From positions 1,086,529-1,150,528 of the forward strand of contig NW_019091360.1 of the NCBI RefSeq assembly GCF_001949145.1: a stretch of DNA of 64,000 bases, written 5' to 3'. Under the pieces are notes generated by a model that was not told the DNA's origin, did no database searches, and saw only the letters and a list, made by a program, of their open reading frames with translations. Positions 30,061 to 43,258 of this stretch are shown in pieces; within the stretch, counting starts at the first letter, position 1, and every line of letters begins with the position of its first letter. The position numbers and the translations under genes were made by a program. This DNA is from Acanthaster planci (taxonomy: Eukaryota).

Positions 30061-30394
30061 TTTAAAACTAGCCTTTAATCGAGGCATGCTGCGGCAAAAT
30101 GGGTAGTCGCTCAAGAGCGAGGAGCTGGAGGAGACTAGTTTAAGCATCAAACCAACGCACGAAGAAAGACTACATGATGAACTGCACGTACGCCCGAAAT
30201 TAACCATGCATGCGCATGCAGTAGCCGAGCTGAGTGTGTTGTGGACTGTGCATGCTGCCGCAATGTGTGTGCGGTTCGTCTTGTAATCTTTCTTTGTGCA
30301 TTGATTTGGTGCTTATACTAGTCTCCTTCAGCTCCTTGCTCTTGAGCGACTTTCCATTTTGCCATGGGCGCCTTGATCAAAGGCTAATTTAAAA
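30061..30394. mobile_element. Long inverted-repeat (foldback/MITE) element
   Basis: Arms of about 130 bp beginning tagccttt and ending aaaggcta, with extensive complementarity (e.g. agtcgctcaagagcgaggagctggaggagactagt vs actagtctccttcagctccttgctcttgagcgact). Confidence 0.8.
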
Positions 30395-33300
30395 CAATGT
30401 GGTGAATTTTTTACTAGTCAGGAACCCTTTGTTCAATGCTGAAGTTTGTAGGTTAGTGATTAAGGATTTCCATGTGTTTTGCATATATTTTCCATTTCAT
30501 TCATTGAGAATTTAATTTATGATTCTTAGACGGACCAGTTAAGTTCAGGGGATCACACATCTCTCAAAAGAAGAAAACAGTCTGACTGCAAAACATTTCA
30601 ATGCATATTAAAATGCAGGCAATTACGATCATTTGTAAAAATACTGACTGAGGTCAATTCAGGGAACTGTAAGAAGGGAAAACAAGTCGCATGTGACTTT
30701 TGGGTTCAGAGAAAAGAAAAATAATCAGATTAAATAAACTAAGGGGACGCATTAAAAAACAGAAATACAAGATTATACAGCCTTGATAACCTCATCACAT
30801 ACAATATACATGTAGAGTAAGCTGCCAGAAATGGGTTAAAAAATGACAAGTGGTCTACCAATTAATTTCGATCGACTGTGAAGAGTTACTAAATAGTGTC
30901 TACTACATGTACTGTATTCTACCGCTACTCCTTGTGAGACTCACTAAATGTCTCTGATTGGTTTATCAGGATACAAGCATTGCTGATAGGTTGGTGTTGC
31001 TGGACAAAGCAATGTTCAAACTCGTCTCCTCTCGTCTGTACCACAAATAATTTGTCAGTTCTGTTCCAACGAACAAATGGCCAAAGAAACACAGGAGCAT
31101 ACAACCTCCCCAGCACAAAAAAATAAGCAAACGGGAACCCAATTAAGAGCAAATATACTCGTATGCATGTATAACATCATTGAAATTCTACAAGAGTGAC
31201 AAAATCAGTGTGCAGGTGTTCCAATTAATGGATGTCTATGATAGTGTACATTCACAACTTGAATACAGAGGGCGCTGTCTTCAATTGCTCCAATTGGTAG
31301 CTCTGTGACCCCCTCGACCACTTTACAACAATGATGTAAATCACGTAAGTGGATTAACGTATCGGTACCCTGGTTATTGTAGAGTAATGCAGCTTTCATC
31401 TTTCTTCGTTGATTATTATTCATGTCAAGTGGAAAAAAGTCATGACGAATGAAGATTTTTTTGTAAGTAAAAGCTAGTCTGAGGTCATAAATTTTTCAAT
31501 GACATATCCGTATAAATAGTGAAATCTTTCAGTGATAAACCAATTCCCCCATTCTGCGACCGTTATTTTATCTGTTGAATTTTTTGTTCACTGCACGAAT
31601 GTTTCACAACCATCATTCGTTACCTACGCTTCAACAAATTGTGGCAAGAAATTTCCTGCAAAATCTAAATAAATCCCTGCCTGATGAATGCCTGCATGCT
31701 ATGTGTCTTCAGAAAGCTCGTGTCCATGGAATGGAGCATGCTATTTAAGGTGGAAAAAACTTTTTCCACTTTAGCTGTGCTGTGCGTCAGGACAAATAAT
31801 ACGACATGTTTGATGATCCAGATTTATCAATTAAATGTACTGGAGAGGGCAGGGGAAAAAATACAGATCGAATTATTTACAGTTGCTGCTGTTGTATAAA
31901 ACAAAATCTTGTCAACCAACCTGACAAAATGAGTCAAAAGTTCCAAATTCATCTTGGAGTTCAAGGCCTTCAAGAGAATCTAACACAATGAAAATCATCA
32001 GGAACTGTCCACTGTTTCACCCACATAATGTCCACTGCTTCAGAGAGCTACTGAGTATTACAACAAAGCAAATGAGTTATGGTAGTATTCTCCAATCCAA
32101 TTAAACCCGACTGAAAATAAAAGCCCTTAGGACTCATTTTGTGGGACTGGGCCGTACATGTCTTGATACAAGAGAACACCTGTTCTTTGGAGGGGAGATA
32201 AGATACTGGTATGTTAATTACAGAACTACAAAATGTGCTGCTGTGTATTGGACAGGTAGTTACGAGGTAGAATTTTTACCAGAGACAATTTACTACAACA
32301 CCATTCAAACACGGTATCCTTTAACACCTACTCATCTAAGGAATTATGCAACCCATGTATCTGACACCGTATCAAAGCTATGTGTGTGTAACCTTGACGT
32401 TTGTATATTCTTGCATTTAATCCAACAATTTGGATTTCATTTGCAAGTTGGATCACTGTCTAAATGAGACTATCTGGATGTCACGTATCAATCAGTTTGG
32501 ATGTTCCAAAAATATTAATATACACATATATATATAAATAGTCAATGCAATCTACATACTTTGTTTTGCTTGAGTATGCAACTTTCCTTACAGGCTTCCA
32601 CGTCAGAGAACTGGGACTTAATTCAACATTGCTCAGATTTCTAGACAATTCTTATAAAGGCAATTCTAACTTGTTTCTGGTAAACATTAATTTCAAAACA
32701 CCGTGCTTTACAGCCTTGCATTGCGGGTTTTCACAGGCTCACAAAGTGGGTGCCCAAACATTGGCTTATGACTGCCAAATTCACATTTTGATAATTATGA
32801 CACCAATGATATTGGGTAGATCATCCTGGTATTCTCATGCCCACAAAAATCCAACACCTGAATTAGTTTTATTTCCGTGGATCACGGATGCAAGCCTACT
32901 TTAATTGTTTTCGCCCATACTTTTCTTGGAGATGTTGCTTTAAATCAAGTAATAGAGGGCCTGCACGGAGCACCCTCCAAGAGGACATGTTTTGTTATTT
33001 AGATTTAATGACAGTGAACACACAACAGGTTTACTTGAGCCTATCCTAGAGGAAGAAAGAAATGCCCTCTAACGTGAAGTCATAAGCAGGGGGTCTATAG
33101 TTCCTTTTTGTCCCACTGCCTTTAAAACACCTGAAATAGATACTGGAAGATTTGGGATCCTTAAAATTTCAGTATGACAATCAAAAAGGTGCTGTCTTGA
33201 CATGTTGTCAGGTTTGCAAACATGGCCCACTGCCAACTGCCTGAGGGCAGTATTTTACCATTCCTACAAAAAGTGAAGCACTGTATTGCATGTGCAACTT

Positions 33301-35013
33301 ACGAATGAAGTCAATGTTGTAGATGAGAACTTTACTGCCAAATATTGCACTGGTTTACAGGGATGTACAAAGCTACAGAACATGGAGACTAGGCAGTGAA
33401 TGCACTAAACTCAAGTTTTTCGGCCAGAAGTGTTGAAACAGTACTGTACAGTACTTTTCTCCATACAACCTAAATTTCACTCGACCGTGTTAGTCATCAG
33501 TCTTAAATTGATCTTGTAATCTTATCACTGTACATATGCCATTCAGTGTTCATGTTTTCTACAATCCTGGACCAAATTGTTGGGACACGTGTCAATAGCC
33601 ATACCCTTTGAAGGACCCCACTCTCCTGGTCAATGCTGTCTCAAGCTGGAGTACAGATTGTGCACTGAGATGCAACATTGAGAGGGGGCTGGGGATGGGG
33701 GCGGCAAACGAGATTTGGCCAGGATTGTAGCTTTGTTCACATCGAACAGTTTGATATTTGGCAGTAAGATTGGTACTCTGAAAGCTCTTGACTGCAACAC
33801 TGGATTATGTACGTGCTGATGTGTGGACCCCATTCTGCAGTGCTTTCTCATATGCTTCCCTTTTGAGTTACATGAAAGTAACTTGAGATGTCCTTCAACC
33901 ATCTTATCCAGGTGCCTCTGTGGAATTATACTTTCAGTATCTGGCAAATTACTGTCACATGTTGCATTCACTTGTTAATCTATGCACAGGTTCTACTGCA
34001 GACTGTCAGTCAAGACAGCCATGAACCCGATTCTGGGTACCAGACTTCCCCCCCCCCCGTCACACACATGCATGTGCATAATCACTGTTGCTGTAGGGAA
34101 ACAACCCAATGTACAGTAGACAACACAGGGTGCATTCTTGATGTTGAAAAATCGACTCGTGTGCTGTTTGGGAAACTTGTTCCGAGTTGAAAATTGTAGG
34201 CATGTGGAAAAACTATGCATGAACTTCTTAATGCTCTAGGCGAGTAGTTCTGCACCAACCATGAAATACAATGATACTAGAAGAATATGCTGACGTGTAC
34301 AGCAGTGCATTTTCATGACCCATTTATAACGCCATCGCAATCATAAGGAACATGTTAAAAGTTTCCAACTAAAATGCAGAGCCAAAACAGTTACATCAGC
34401 AGAGAAATACAAAGCACACAGTAGCAGACACCATTATTGACAAACGTCATTTTTTTTCTTCCTATGTTCTAGAGGATAGTAGGCCATACTCATTTTGGTT
34501 CACTGCATGTGACACCGCATTGGGGGACACATGATTTGTTTATTTTGGCGAGGACAAAATAGTTGGCAGCTTATTTTCTGCCACTTGAACTGGGGAGAAA
34601 CAACTCCAACCTGTGGTTCTCTTCTGGTCAGAACAATGACGCCGCAAAAAATGCAATTTTGTGACAAATACGTACGCTGCAAATTCACAAAAGTTGAACG
34701 CGCTTTAACTCAAGTGAATACTGTGGTCACGGCTAATGTTTTATGAAATCACACTTGCTTCAATTTTGCTTTGGCCTGCAATATGAAGCGGGCCTAAAAT
34801 TACCAAAATGCCCAACCAGTGATTGAACCTGTACAGAGGAACTAAGGCGACCAATTACTTGTACGTGGGCAGCTTTTAGGCATGCAATGGCGGGCTCGAT
34901 CACACACCTAAAATCAGAAGAACTGTCGGTTTAGGCAAAAACGGGTCAAAATGTACAATCTGGAGTCTAGACTAGAAATTAAGGTGTGAGATGAGGCAGT
35001 AAGAGTTTATACC

Positions 35014-35153
35014 TTAGCCAAACTGGAAACCTCCTGGGAAACCGCCGCCATAGAAACCGCTGTCCCGATGACCGCCGCCACCCCCTCCGTGCCCAAACGA
35101 GAAGCCACCAGGGTGGCCAAAGAAACTGGTGAAGATCTGGGATGGGTCAAAAC
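35014..35153 (-). CDS. DNAJC7: DNAJC7 canonical terminal exon 13b (G/F-rich tail)
   Basis: GFDPSQIFTSFFGHPGGFSFGHGGGGGGHRDSGFYGGGFPGGFQFG*; tgttcag acceptor; FQFG end typical of DNAJC7. Confidence 0.93.
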
Positions 35154-35647
35154 CTGAACACAAGATCAAAAAGAGCACACTTGGATTTACTTTCCAATTG
35201 GTGTGGTCCAAATAAACAGAGTCTTGATTTGGAATGTGCTTCATTACTGCACACTCTTCAAAGACTGATTTATTGGGATTCTTAAAAAATTGCAGAAATA
35301 TATACACACTTTGTATAAAAGTTGTTTATTTACAATAAAACAAGTTGTGTTAAGGTTCCCCTGCAGATCTTCAGCAGTTGTCTGGTTTGATCTTAAAGTA
35401 GGCACATATATCGAAAGATAGGCAGTCTAGCTATATCTACTTCATTCCTTTCATTTCTACAGTTTGAACTCGAGCACAGAATGAGTTTGCAGGAAGGAGG
35501 ACGGGAAGACTGAATTTTTATGTCCACAAATTTCTGGCAGACTGGCGAGACCTCCGGTCCACTTCATCCGTGTTTTTTTAGTATGGCAGTGTTCCGTAAT
35601 TTGTCCCCCTGAGTTAAATGGGAATGTCTGTTGTTGTAAGTCTTGGG

Positions 35648-35718
35648 TCACACCCAGAAGGAGAATTCCGAGTCGCACTCGGTGAACAAACTGCTGAAGA
35701 TGTCCGTAGGATCAAAGT
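35648..35718 (-). CDS. DNAJC7: DNAJC7 putative alternative terminal exon 13a (DFDPTDIFSSLFTECDSEFSFWV*)
   Basis: ccttattcccag acceptor, same phase as exon 13b, clear similarity to the start of 13b, TGA stop, downstream AATAAA signals on the minus strand. Confidence 0.7.
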
Positions 35719-36852
35719 CTGGGAATAAGGACACGGGGTAAGGGTTTGATAGAACTGCACAAATTGAAAAACGCTCTCTTGCATACCTATCCCCCAACGG
35801 CCACTTCTACCAAATGTTGACAGAAAAGGGTATGTTCCATGATATTTTACATCTAAATACTGGGCGTTGATCTGCTGTGTATAATGCCCTCTCATGCAGT
35901 TCAACAATGCAGCATGAAAACAGTCCCTGAAGAACTCTCTGAGTTCGATATTTGTTTCCAGAAGAACTCAGTTAATTGCAACTGGGTAGATGGGTCTTAA
36001 ATAAAGGCAGCACTGAATTCAGGAAAGTTAGTTTACTTCCCCAACATTTCCAGCTTTGGCCTCTTTTTGCCAGTGGGATTTATTCCATTATGGAACTGTG
36101 CCATGGCAACATTAATTTCATCTCTTGCCTCAACGCACCTCTGATGTTACCAAGGGCAACCAGGTATAAATTTCTCAGTCGTTCTTTTCTTTCCAGACTA
36201 TTTATTTTCAACAGTTTTTTTTTAGTTTTCAAACTTGGATGTGGAGGACACAGTTGTAACACTGTGTAGGAACTTCCCTTTTTTGTTTCTGGAATTTCTA
36301 ATAAAACAAGGAGCTAAGCCCAACTTCTATTAACACGAACATGCTGGTCAGGCTGCTAGATTAAGTACTGGCATTATACAACAACCCAACTTACGATTTG
36401 CATCTCATCAGAACAACAGGTGCGCCTTTTCCACAGAAAAGTCTGTACAGTTCTCCCTTTGAATGTTATCTCGTTGGTTTTAATTGCAAAGTGAATATTA
36501 TTCCAGAATTCAGGAACAATGGAGGAACTGGCTTCACTACTCACTGACACCATTCAGCACTGAAAGGTAACTCAGGGAATGAGCTCATGTAACTCTGTCT
36601 AAGGTTACTGGAACGTCTTGACTGATTTGTGGGGACCTTCTAGTGCCCTCACACTGTTTTTGATCCTCACACTGAATATCCCACAATACGTCTATGAGAC
36701 AAGTTTGTGGGTGACATTTTGTCAAGCGCATTTGGACAAAGTTGAGGGGAATTTGGGAGAAGTGGAGGCAAAAGAATGGGACCTGAGCAAGAGCAAAGAG
36801 CCAATCACTACATGTAGGAGAACCTCCCACAAACCATCAGCAAGGAACTCAC

Positions 36853-37002
36853 CTCCAAATCCTTCCAGATCGTCTAAGTCCTGGCCGCTATCATACCTCA
36901 TCTTCTTCTTGGAATCAGACAGCACGTTGTAAGCCTCCCCAACTTCCTTGAACTTAACCTCCTCGGCTTTCTGCACCTCCTCTGTCTTGTTGGAATGACG
37001 AT
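36853..37002 (-). CDS. DNAJC7: DNAJC7 exon 12 (J-domain C-half)
   Basis: [53 protein letters not shown] motif completed across the intron; 150 bp. Confidence 0.96.
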
Positions 37003-37485
37003 CTGGAAGCACAAGACACACACATACACACCATCATTTTAACCAATCTGTGAGGGAGGATATATAAATGCAATCTGACATTCTGCATGCAAGAACATGG
37101 ATGGCTGGTAGGTTAAGCCTCATGCATGCCACAAGCCGCTGTATGATTACGCTAGAAAAATATGTTGGGGCATACAGGAGTGGATTTTTGCCAACACACA
37201 TTTGCATAAACTGGAACTTGGCCAGTGTACGCAACCAGCTGCTATGGAAAATATCGCTCTCTGGCGGTGCCCTAAAGAGTTTCAAAATGTGAGTTTGCAG
37301 TACAAAGTATTGTACAAATAGTGTGATTGACCCCAACGAGACAGACAATTGGCTGCCTTTTCATTGCAATTGCCTCCTTGGTATGGTTTGCTTCCTGAAC
37401 TGGCTAAACTCTGATGCTATGCACAAAACAATAGGCAAACACTGTGGTTATGATTCGGGGGTGTAGTTGCATAGAGCACCCATAC

Positions 37486-37632
37486 CAGGATGGTGTAGCA
37501 AGGCATGCTTCTTGTAGGCCTTCTTAATCTCAACTTCGGTAGCATTCTTGCTGATGTTTAGAATCTTGTAGTAGTCTTTCCTCTTGCTCTTTTTGAGCTC
37601 CAGATTGGCCTCTTGAAGAAGGGCCTTGTTTT
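37486..37632 (-). CDS. DNAJC7: DNAJC7 exon 11 (J-domain N-half)
   Basis: ENKALLQEANLELKKSKRKDYYKILNISKNATEVEIKKAYKKHALLHHP; 147 bp. Confidence 0.96.
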
Positions 37633-39297
37633 CTGAAGAAAAAAAAGTTAACCCCAAAGTACGAAGCGAGGTTACTAAGTCTTCTCCTTATTACAATTAA
37701 TTGAAGCATGTGGCAATGTGATTTGTTTACTGTTCTTTATTAACTACGTGGTTGCTTCAAACCTCATAGTTAATTTGGACAATAAAGTCAAAACAGCACA
37801 ATTTTTCTCACTTCCCAAGACTTTAGTACATCCACCATCTTCCGACTTTTTTTATTTCAGTCTTGTCTGACGATTCTCTTATTTTTTGTTTTTGAAATAT
37901 GAATGCTTTTATTCGAGGCTAAATCCCACCCAGAATCACAACTTAACTCCTCACGTGCTCAAAGTATTTGGTAAACCTTTAAAAGGAACTAACATAAAAA
38001 TTTAGCTTCAATAAACTGCACAAACATTTTGAAAACAGTAATAATTATAATTGTCACCAGATGCGGAATTCAAACCATTTCTTGATATTAATAATGTTCC
38101 CAGCATTGGGGAAGTAACCCTTGTAACAAGTAAGGCAACCAGTGGGTCAAGACCCCAATCGTGACCAAATCCCACAACTTGTGTCTTGTGGCTCCCTTTA
38201 TCAGTAATTTTGTTTTGTTATCAGAAGAAAGACATATTACTCAATGTGGTATCCTGATTAAAAAAGAACAAATGTAGGTGACTAAATATTGCACTCCTAG
38301 TGATGACCACGATGCGAGATTCATAATAACACCTTGAACTACAAAGTGGCTCTGGCGATTTGTGACTTGTTTTCTTCGGGTGGGTCACATTTGTGAATTA
38401 ACATCTTGGATTACTGATGTCTTGGCTAGGCCAAAATGGCCATGTATGGGCTGAGGGATAGCCCAACTTCCTATGCACACTAACTGCCACAGTTTTCAGT
38501 TGGGTCCATCACACGCTCTTGCAAGTCTGTAACAAGACACCAAGTCTTAACCGTACGCTGCCGGGTTTAATGTGAAGTTGCATGACTTGTTCCCGGGGGA
38601 TTTTCAAGATTTCAGGTTTTCAAAATTGTTTAAAAATTCATAACTTTACTGGACGTTTACACCTACACAGATGACTGTCTGGTGGCTACTCTAATCTGAC
38701 AGACATCTATTGACGCCCAAGTATTTCAGTCAGGCCTGCTGCCTTGTAAAAAGAGCCCAGACTGTGCGGTGTTACATAATTTTCTTTTGTTCCTGAAACT
38801 GACCCAGTGCGCTGCTGGCGTCTTTTCAATAAGGGCCAGGCCAGATTAGTGTGCAAAAGTATTGTACCATTCATCCCTGGAGCACTGGTGGTAATCCGCT
38901 CGAGCTGAATGCCACAGTCATTCAAAACAATGATGGATTTCCTCCGCTATTGACAACCGAAAAAATGTTGGCAATGCCCAGCAGCTCGGTCTTTTGTTCC
39001 TAGTACGGTCTTTTGTTATGAGGCCAAGCTCCTTTGTCCGATTTCAGGCACCCCAGCTTTGTGTAAATAGCCAACGTCTCTGGTACCAGGCACCCTGGCA
39101 GGAAGTGTTTAAACCAACACACACGCTATTCAGATTAACTGTGACAAAAGCATTCCTTCCAGCAGTCACTTTGTTACACTCGACTGATTTCATGAAAAGA
39201 CTTGTGACAGGGGGCATGTTAGAGGACTTGTGATGGACTTGACGATTACGCTGCTCACGGCACTGCCATACATGCAGACATGAGTGAATGAACTCAC

Positions 39298-39371
39298 CTC
39301 TACTTCTGTCCATTTGACACACCTTCTCATAGTCTCGCACCGCTTCCTCGTATTGCTCTGTTTCCATGTAG
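39298..39371 (-). CDS. DNAJC7: DNAJC7 exon 10
   Basis: YMETEQYEEAVRDYEKVCQMDRSR; 74 bp. Confidence 0.94.
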
Positions 39372-39917
39372 CTAAAACAGAAATCATCTTCATGTTCAAA
39401 CATCTCTCCATGATAACCTCAACCTTTTTTTTCAGTTTCTCTCTTAACAACGTAATTAAGAAATAAAAAACTAAAACATAATTAAGAGATGAAAAACCTA
39501 GTAGCGACATTTTTGGTTGTGAAAATGAAAGTAGATCTTCAGTGAATTCTTGTAGCGAAGATCCTACAGAGAAGTGGCCATTACAGCCTAACACATCAAC
39601 ACAACTTACATTACAATAAAATGGACAACATTTACAATTTTCAACTCACAAAAAGTTCTGTTTGTTTTTGATATACTCCTAATACGAACCCTAACACATT
39701 CCTAATAAGAGTAAGCAATGTTCTCAGCATGTACGTGTACTGTTCGATTTTTCCAAAAAGGAGCAGCCTGTTTTCCCCACAGGAACAGGACGAATTCCAC
39801 TTGAAGTGTCTCAAGCACGCAAAAGAGACTCTCGTCAGCTTCAGGCTAGTGACCATGTTCTCTGGGTAGAGATCAGGTTAGGTAATGTGTCCCATGACCG
39901 TAATATACAGTACTCAC

Positions 39918-40009
39918 CATTTTGCCCTTCTCATAAATGCTTTGAGATAATCAGGATCCAACTCCAGAGCTTTGTTGCAATCTAGGATTCCTTGGTCTGG
40001 TTTGTTCAA
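39918..40009 (-). CDS. DNAJC7: DNAJC7 exon 9
   Basis: LNKPDQGILDCNKALELDPDYLKAFMRRAK(C); 92 bp. Confidence 0.94.
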
Positions 40010-40754
40010 CTATGGAAAATGATCAAGGGGGAAAGGAAGGAATATTCTTCATAATGAACAAATTTACAACAGTAAAAACGTGCACCCACGTGGATGAGAT
40101 TCTCTTGACAATATGAATAACTTTTAGAACTCAGGTTTGAAACAATACAACATTGCATCAGGTTTACCTTTCAACTAAACCATCTTAATGCTGACCTACA
40201 CCAGCCTGACCTCTTGACTACACTAACATTGACCTTTGAACTCTACAAATCTGACCCTTCACCTGTTTGACCAGTTTGACCTCTAATCCACATGCACCTG
40301 TACTCCCAAATACATTAACTTCCCCTCTAAACTTCATTTCACCATTGTGACCAATTCATTATTGACACCAGCTTCAAAAGTCAATGAATCAACAGGCTAA
40401 ATAAATCTGCCCTTCAACCAACTGACCTCTGACCTCACCCACCTGACTTCTGAGCATGATTAGAGACCTTTCGTTTCCTATATCACATGTGCAGATTTTG
40501 ACATTTAGTGGTTTGCCACGAGTAGGAAACCGAACAATTCATAAGGTGATAAAAAACCTTGTGTAAATAAACACTAGATAATACATACTCCTACTAAACA
40601 TCGACTGAAAATGCCACCTGTTTTCTTACTGACAAAACAAAATGTGTATTTGGGGCAAAAGCTGTGAGCCAAGGGTGAATTTTCTGCAAATACTGGCCGC
40701 CTACACAAATGGTGGTCAATGTTTGTCAACACAATGTCTATAAATCATTTTCAC

Positions 40755-40919
40755 CTTTGAGCATACAGTTGCTCTGTTGCAGTAAAGCTTTGCGTTAGTG
40801 TTAACATTGAGAGGGTCCACTTGAAGTGCCTCAGTGTACAAGCCGTACGCTTCTTGGTAGTTGCCACGCTTAAACATTTCGTTGCCTTCTTCTTTTTTGG
40901 ATTTTAATAATTTACATTT
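40755..40919 (-). CDS. DNAJC7: DNAJC7 exon 8
   Basis: [55 protein letters not shown]; 165 bp. Confidence 0.95.
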
Positions 40920-41066
40920 CTGTGAGACAGAAAAAGAAGCAAATGTTAAACCATGTATTAAAAAAAATTGTTATGTAATATGTAAATTCATATGAAATAA
41001 AACATAACATGAAACACAATCAACTGTTTATAAAAACGGATAACCTTGTTTTCTCTTAACTAGAGA

Positions 41067-41267
41067 CAGTGCTGTAGTCGAAACCACTTAAGACATTCAC
41101 AAGACCACACAAGACCAGCACAAGATCAACACAAGACCTCTAGTCTAAATTCAAGTCACAAGCTATTCAAATGAACTGCAACAAAAGCATTAATTGTCAC
41201 TGGTCTTGTGAATGGTCTTTTGTCTGGTCTTGTGTCTAGTCTTGTGATGGTCTCTACCACAACACTG
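41067..41267. mobile_element. MITE with CACAAGAC / GTCTTGTG subterminal repeats
   Basis: TIRs CAGTGCTGTAGTCGAAACC / GGTCTCTACCACAACACTG; partial related copy near 53510-53600. Confidence 0.7.
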
Positions 41268-42435
41268 ATCACAGATACAAAATGTAGAACCTGGAACTTC
41301 TAGAAGTTGGTTTCAGATTTATTTTGAATTCAGTTTTATTTGAAAAATGTGACTGCTTCAGAAGGCCTTCGTCCTGCAAATCCAACAAAATAACAAACAG
41401 CACATTCTTTTGCAAACTTTGGACTCATTCAAATTCAGTGTTTACTCTGCAATCTGCCAAATTATAACAGTGAGTATTCCAAAGGTGCATTCTTCGTTAT
41501 TAACCCCAACCTAATCAAATCCTCCAACCTCTTTCAGCTTTTGGAGGAATTTGATGCAATGGGGCTGTATAGCAATGATGTGCGGCTGACTTTGAAGGAT
41601 GCATTGTGTCAAGGTCTTGGGCTGGATCCCATGATGGTTACAGTCAGCCAGGCATAAACGCAGACCTAGGCTGGAGTGGTTACCCCTCCTAGGAATTCAT
41701 TTGAGAAATAATGGATGATTTCGAAGGACTGAGGCCAAATCTAATCTTTACTCGAAGGCAGTTTGCAGATTTCATAGGCTTGAAAATGCATCCTAGCGAA
41801 ACAGCCTTGAAAACTAGGTTAAAATTCATCTGTTTAAACCCTAACAAACTCAACTTTGTAATACTGACCAAAGGGAGAGCACACTGGCTATTACTTTACA
41901 TAAGGCTCTAGATTTGAAAAAAATTAATGAATAAAAGCAGACCAAGTCTTAGATAATACGGGCATTTAAGTAGTTAGGATTGGAAAGAGTTTGTGTGTGT
42001 AAAAACTGCCTATGTACATTTGTACAGTGTGTCCCCCCAAAATGTCTGATCTGATCACCAGCCTAGTAATGAAATCTATCACTAAACCTAATTGAAATAG
42101 CAAAAACAGTGCATTTCACATTTTACAATTCAATTTTAAAGGATACCGTGACAGCACTACACACTGAAAACATGTCCCCTTTGTTTTTGAACTTCTTTCT
42201 CCTGAAAAGTGGTACAAACTCAATTTTTAGAGATAGTGTTTTCTGGAGCATATATCTGAATTGCCAAATGCAAACAAAATGCCTCAAGTCACAAGTGCCC
42301 TCTTAAAAACCATGAACATTATCAATACTGCCGGTGGACATTTTTGACTTCCAATGCACAGTATTTGCTTGTGCCGATTTTGGGGACACACAGAGTTCCT
42401 TCCATTGTCTTCATAGTTCTTCCATTTTCACTTAC

Positions 42436-42589
42436 CTTAAAAGCTATTCTAGCGGGGGAATGATCGGGGGCAAGTTTGAGGGTTTGTTGGAAATGTTGGA
42501 TGGCCTTGTCCATGTTGTCTTGGTAGTACAGACACAGTCCCCTCACATATATGGCATCGGCGTTCCGTGGCTCTCGCATCAAGACAGCA
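42436..42589 (-). CDS. DNAJC7: DNAJC7 exon 7
   Basis: AVLMREPRNADAIYVRGLCLYYQDNMDKAIQHFQQTLKLAPDHSPARIAFK; 154 bp. Confidence 0.95.
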
Positions 42590-43139
42590 CTAGGGGATAG
42601 ATTGGGAATGTTGAGACATGGGTTGGGTAATGACCTGGCAATGGGCACTTGAGCTGGAAATGGTTCAGACTAGCAGCCTTGCTGATCCTGGATACATTTC
42701 TGGACGATGTGCAAAACTTGTGTGGATTTTCTTTCTAGGGCAAACGACCTGCTTCAAGAAAAGCCATCAAAGACACTGGAATGACATTTCGGCTGCATCG
42801 GCGATAACGAGTGACCGCTTAATCTGGATTAATCTGGAAAGCACCTTTCATGCTTGTTTCAGTTTGGCAAAGTTGGGGAGATCTTGCGAACCCAGAATCA
42901 GGAACTGTAAGGAAAACTAGGACTTAAATGTAACCTCAGCTTTTCTAAAAGTGATTTTCTCACAATGACCAGCACTGACATCAAAATTCACATAGCTGGT
43001 GCATATGCTGCCCTTAATCATACACGTAGAAGAAATATGCACCTCATCTGTATGATTTTTTGGGCTTTATCTTCCTGTTTTTCAAACACAGTTCCATCGA
43101 ACTTGTCTCACAGGTAGAGCATTTTTAACAGACGCTTAC

Positions 43140-43258
43140 TTGATGGCTTGGGATGCCTCTGTTATCCTTCTCATCTTGGCCAAGGCTTCTGCCCTCTTCA
43201 CTTTGAATTTGGTGCAAGCTGGCGAGTGGTCTATGGCTCGGTCCATATTATACACAAC
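43140..43258 (-). CDS. DNAJC7: DNAJC7 exon 6
   Basis: VVYNMDRAIDHSPACTKFKVKRAEALAKMRRITEASQAI; 119 bp. Confidence 0.93.
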
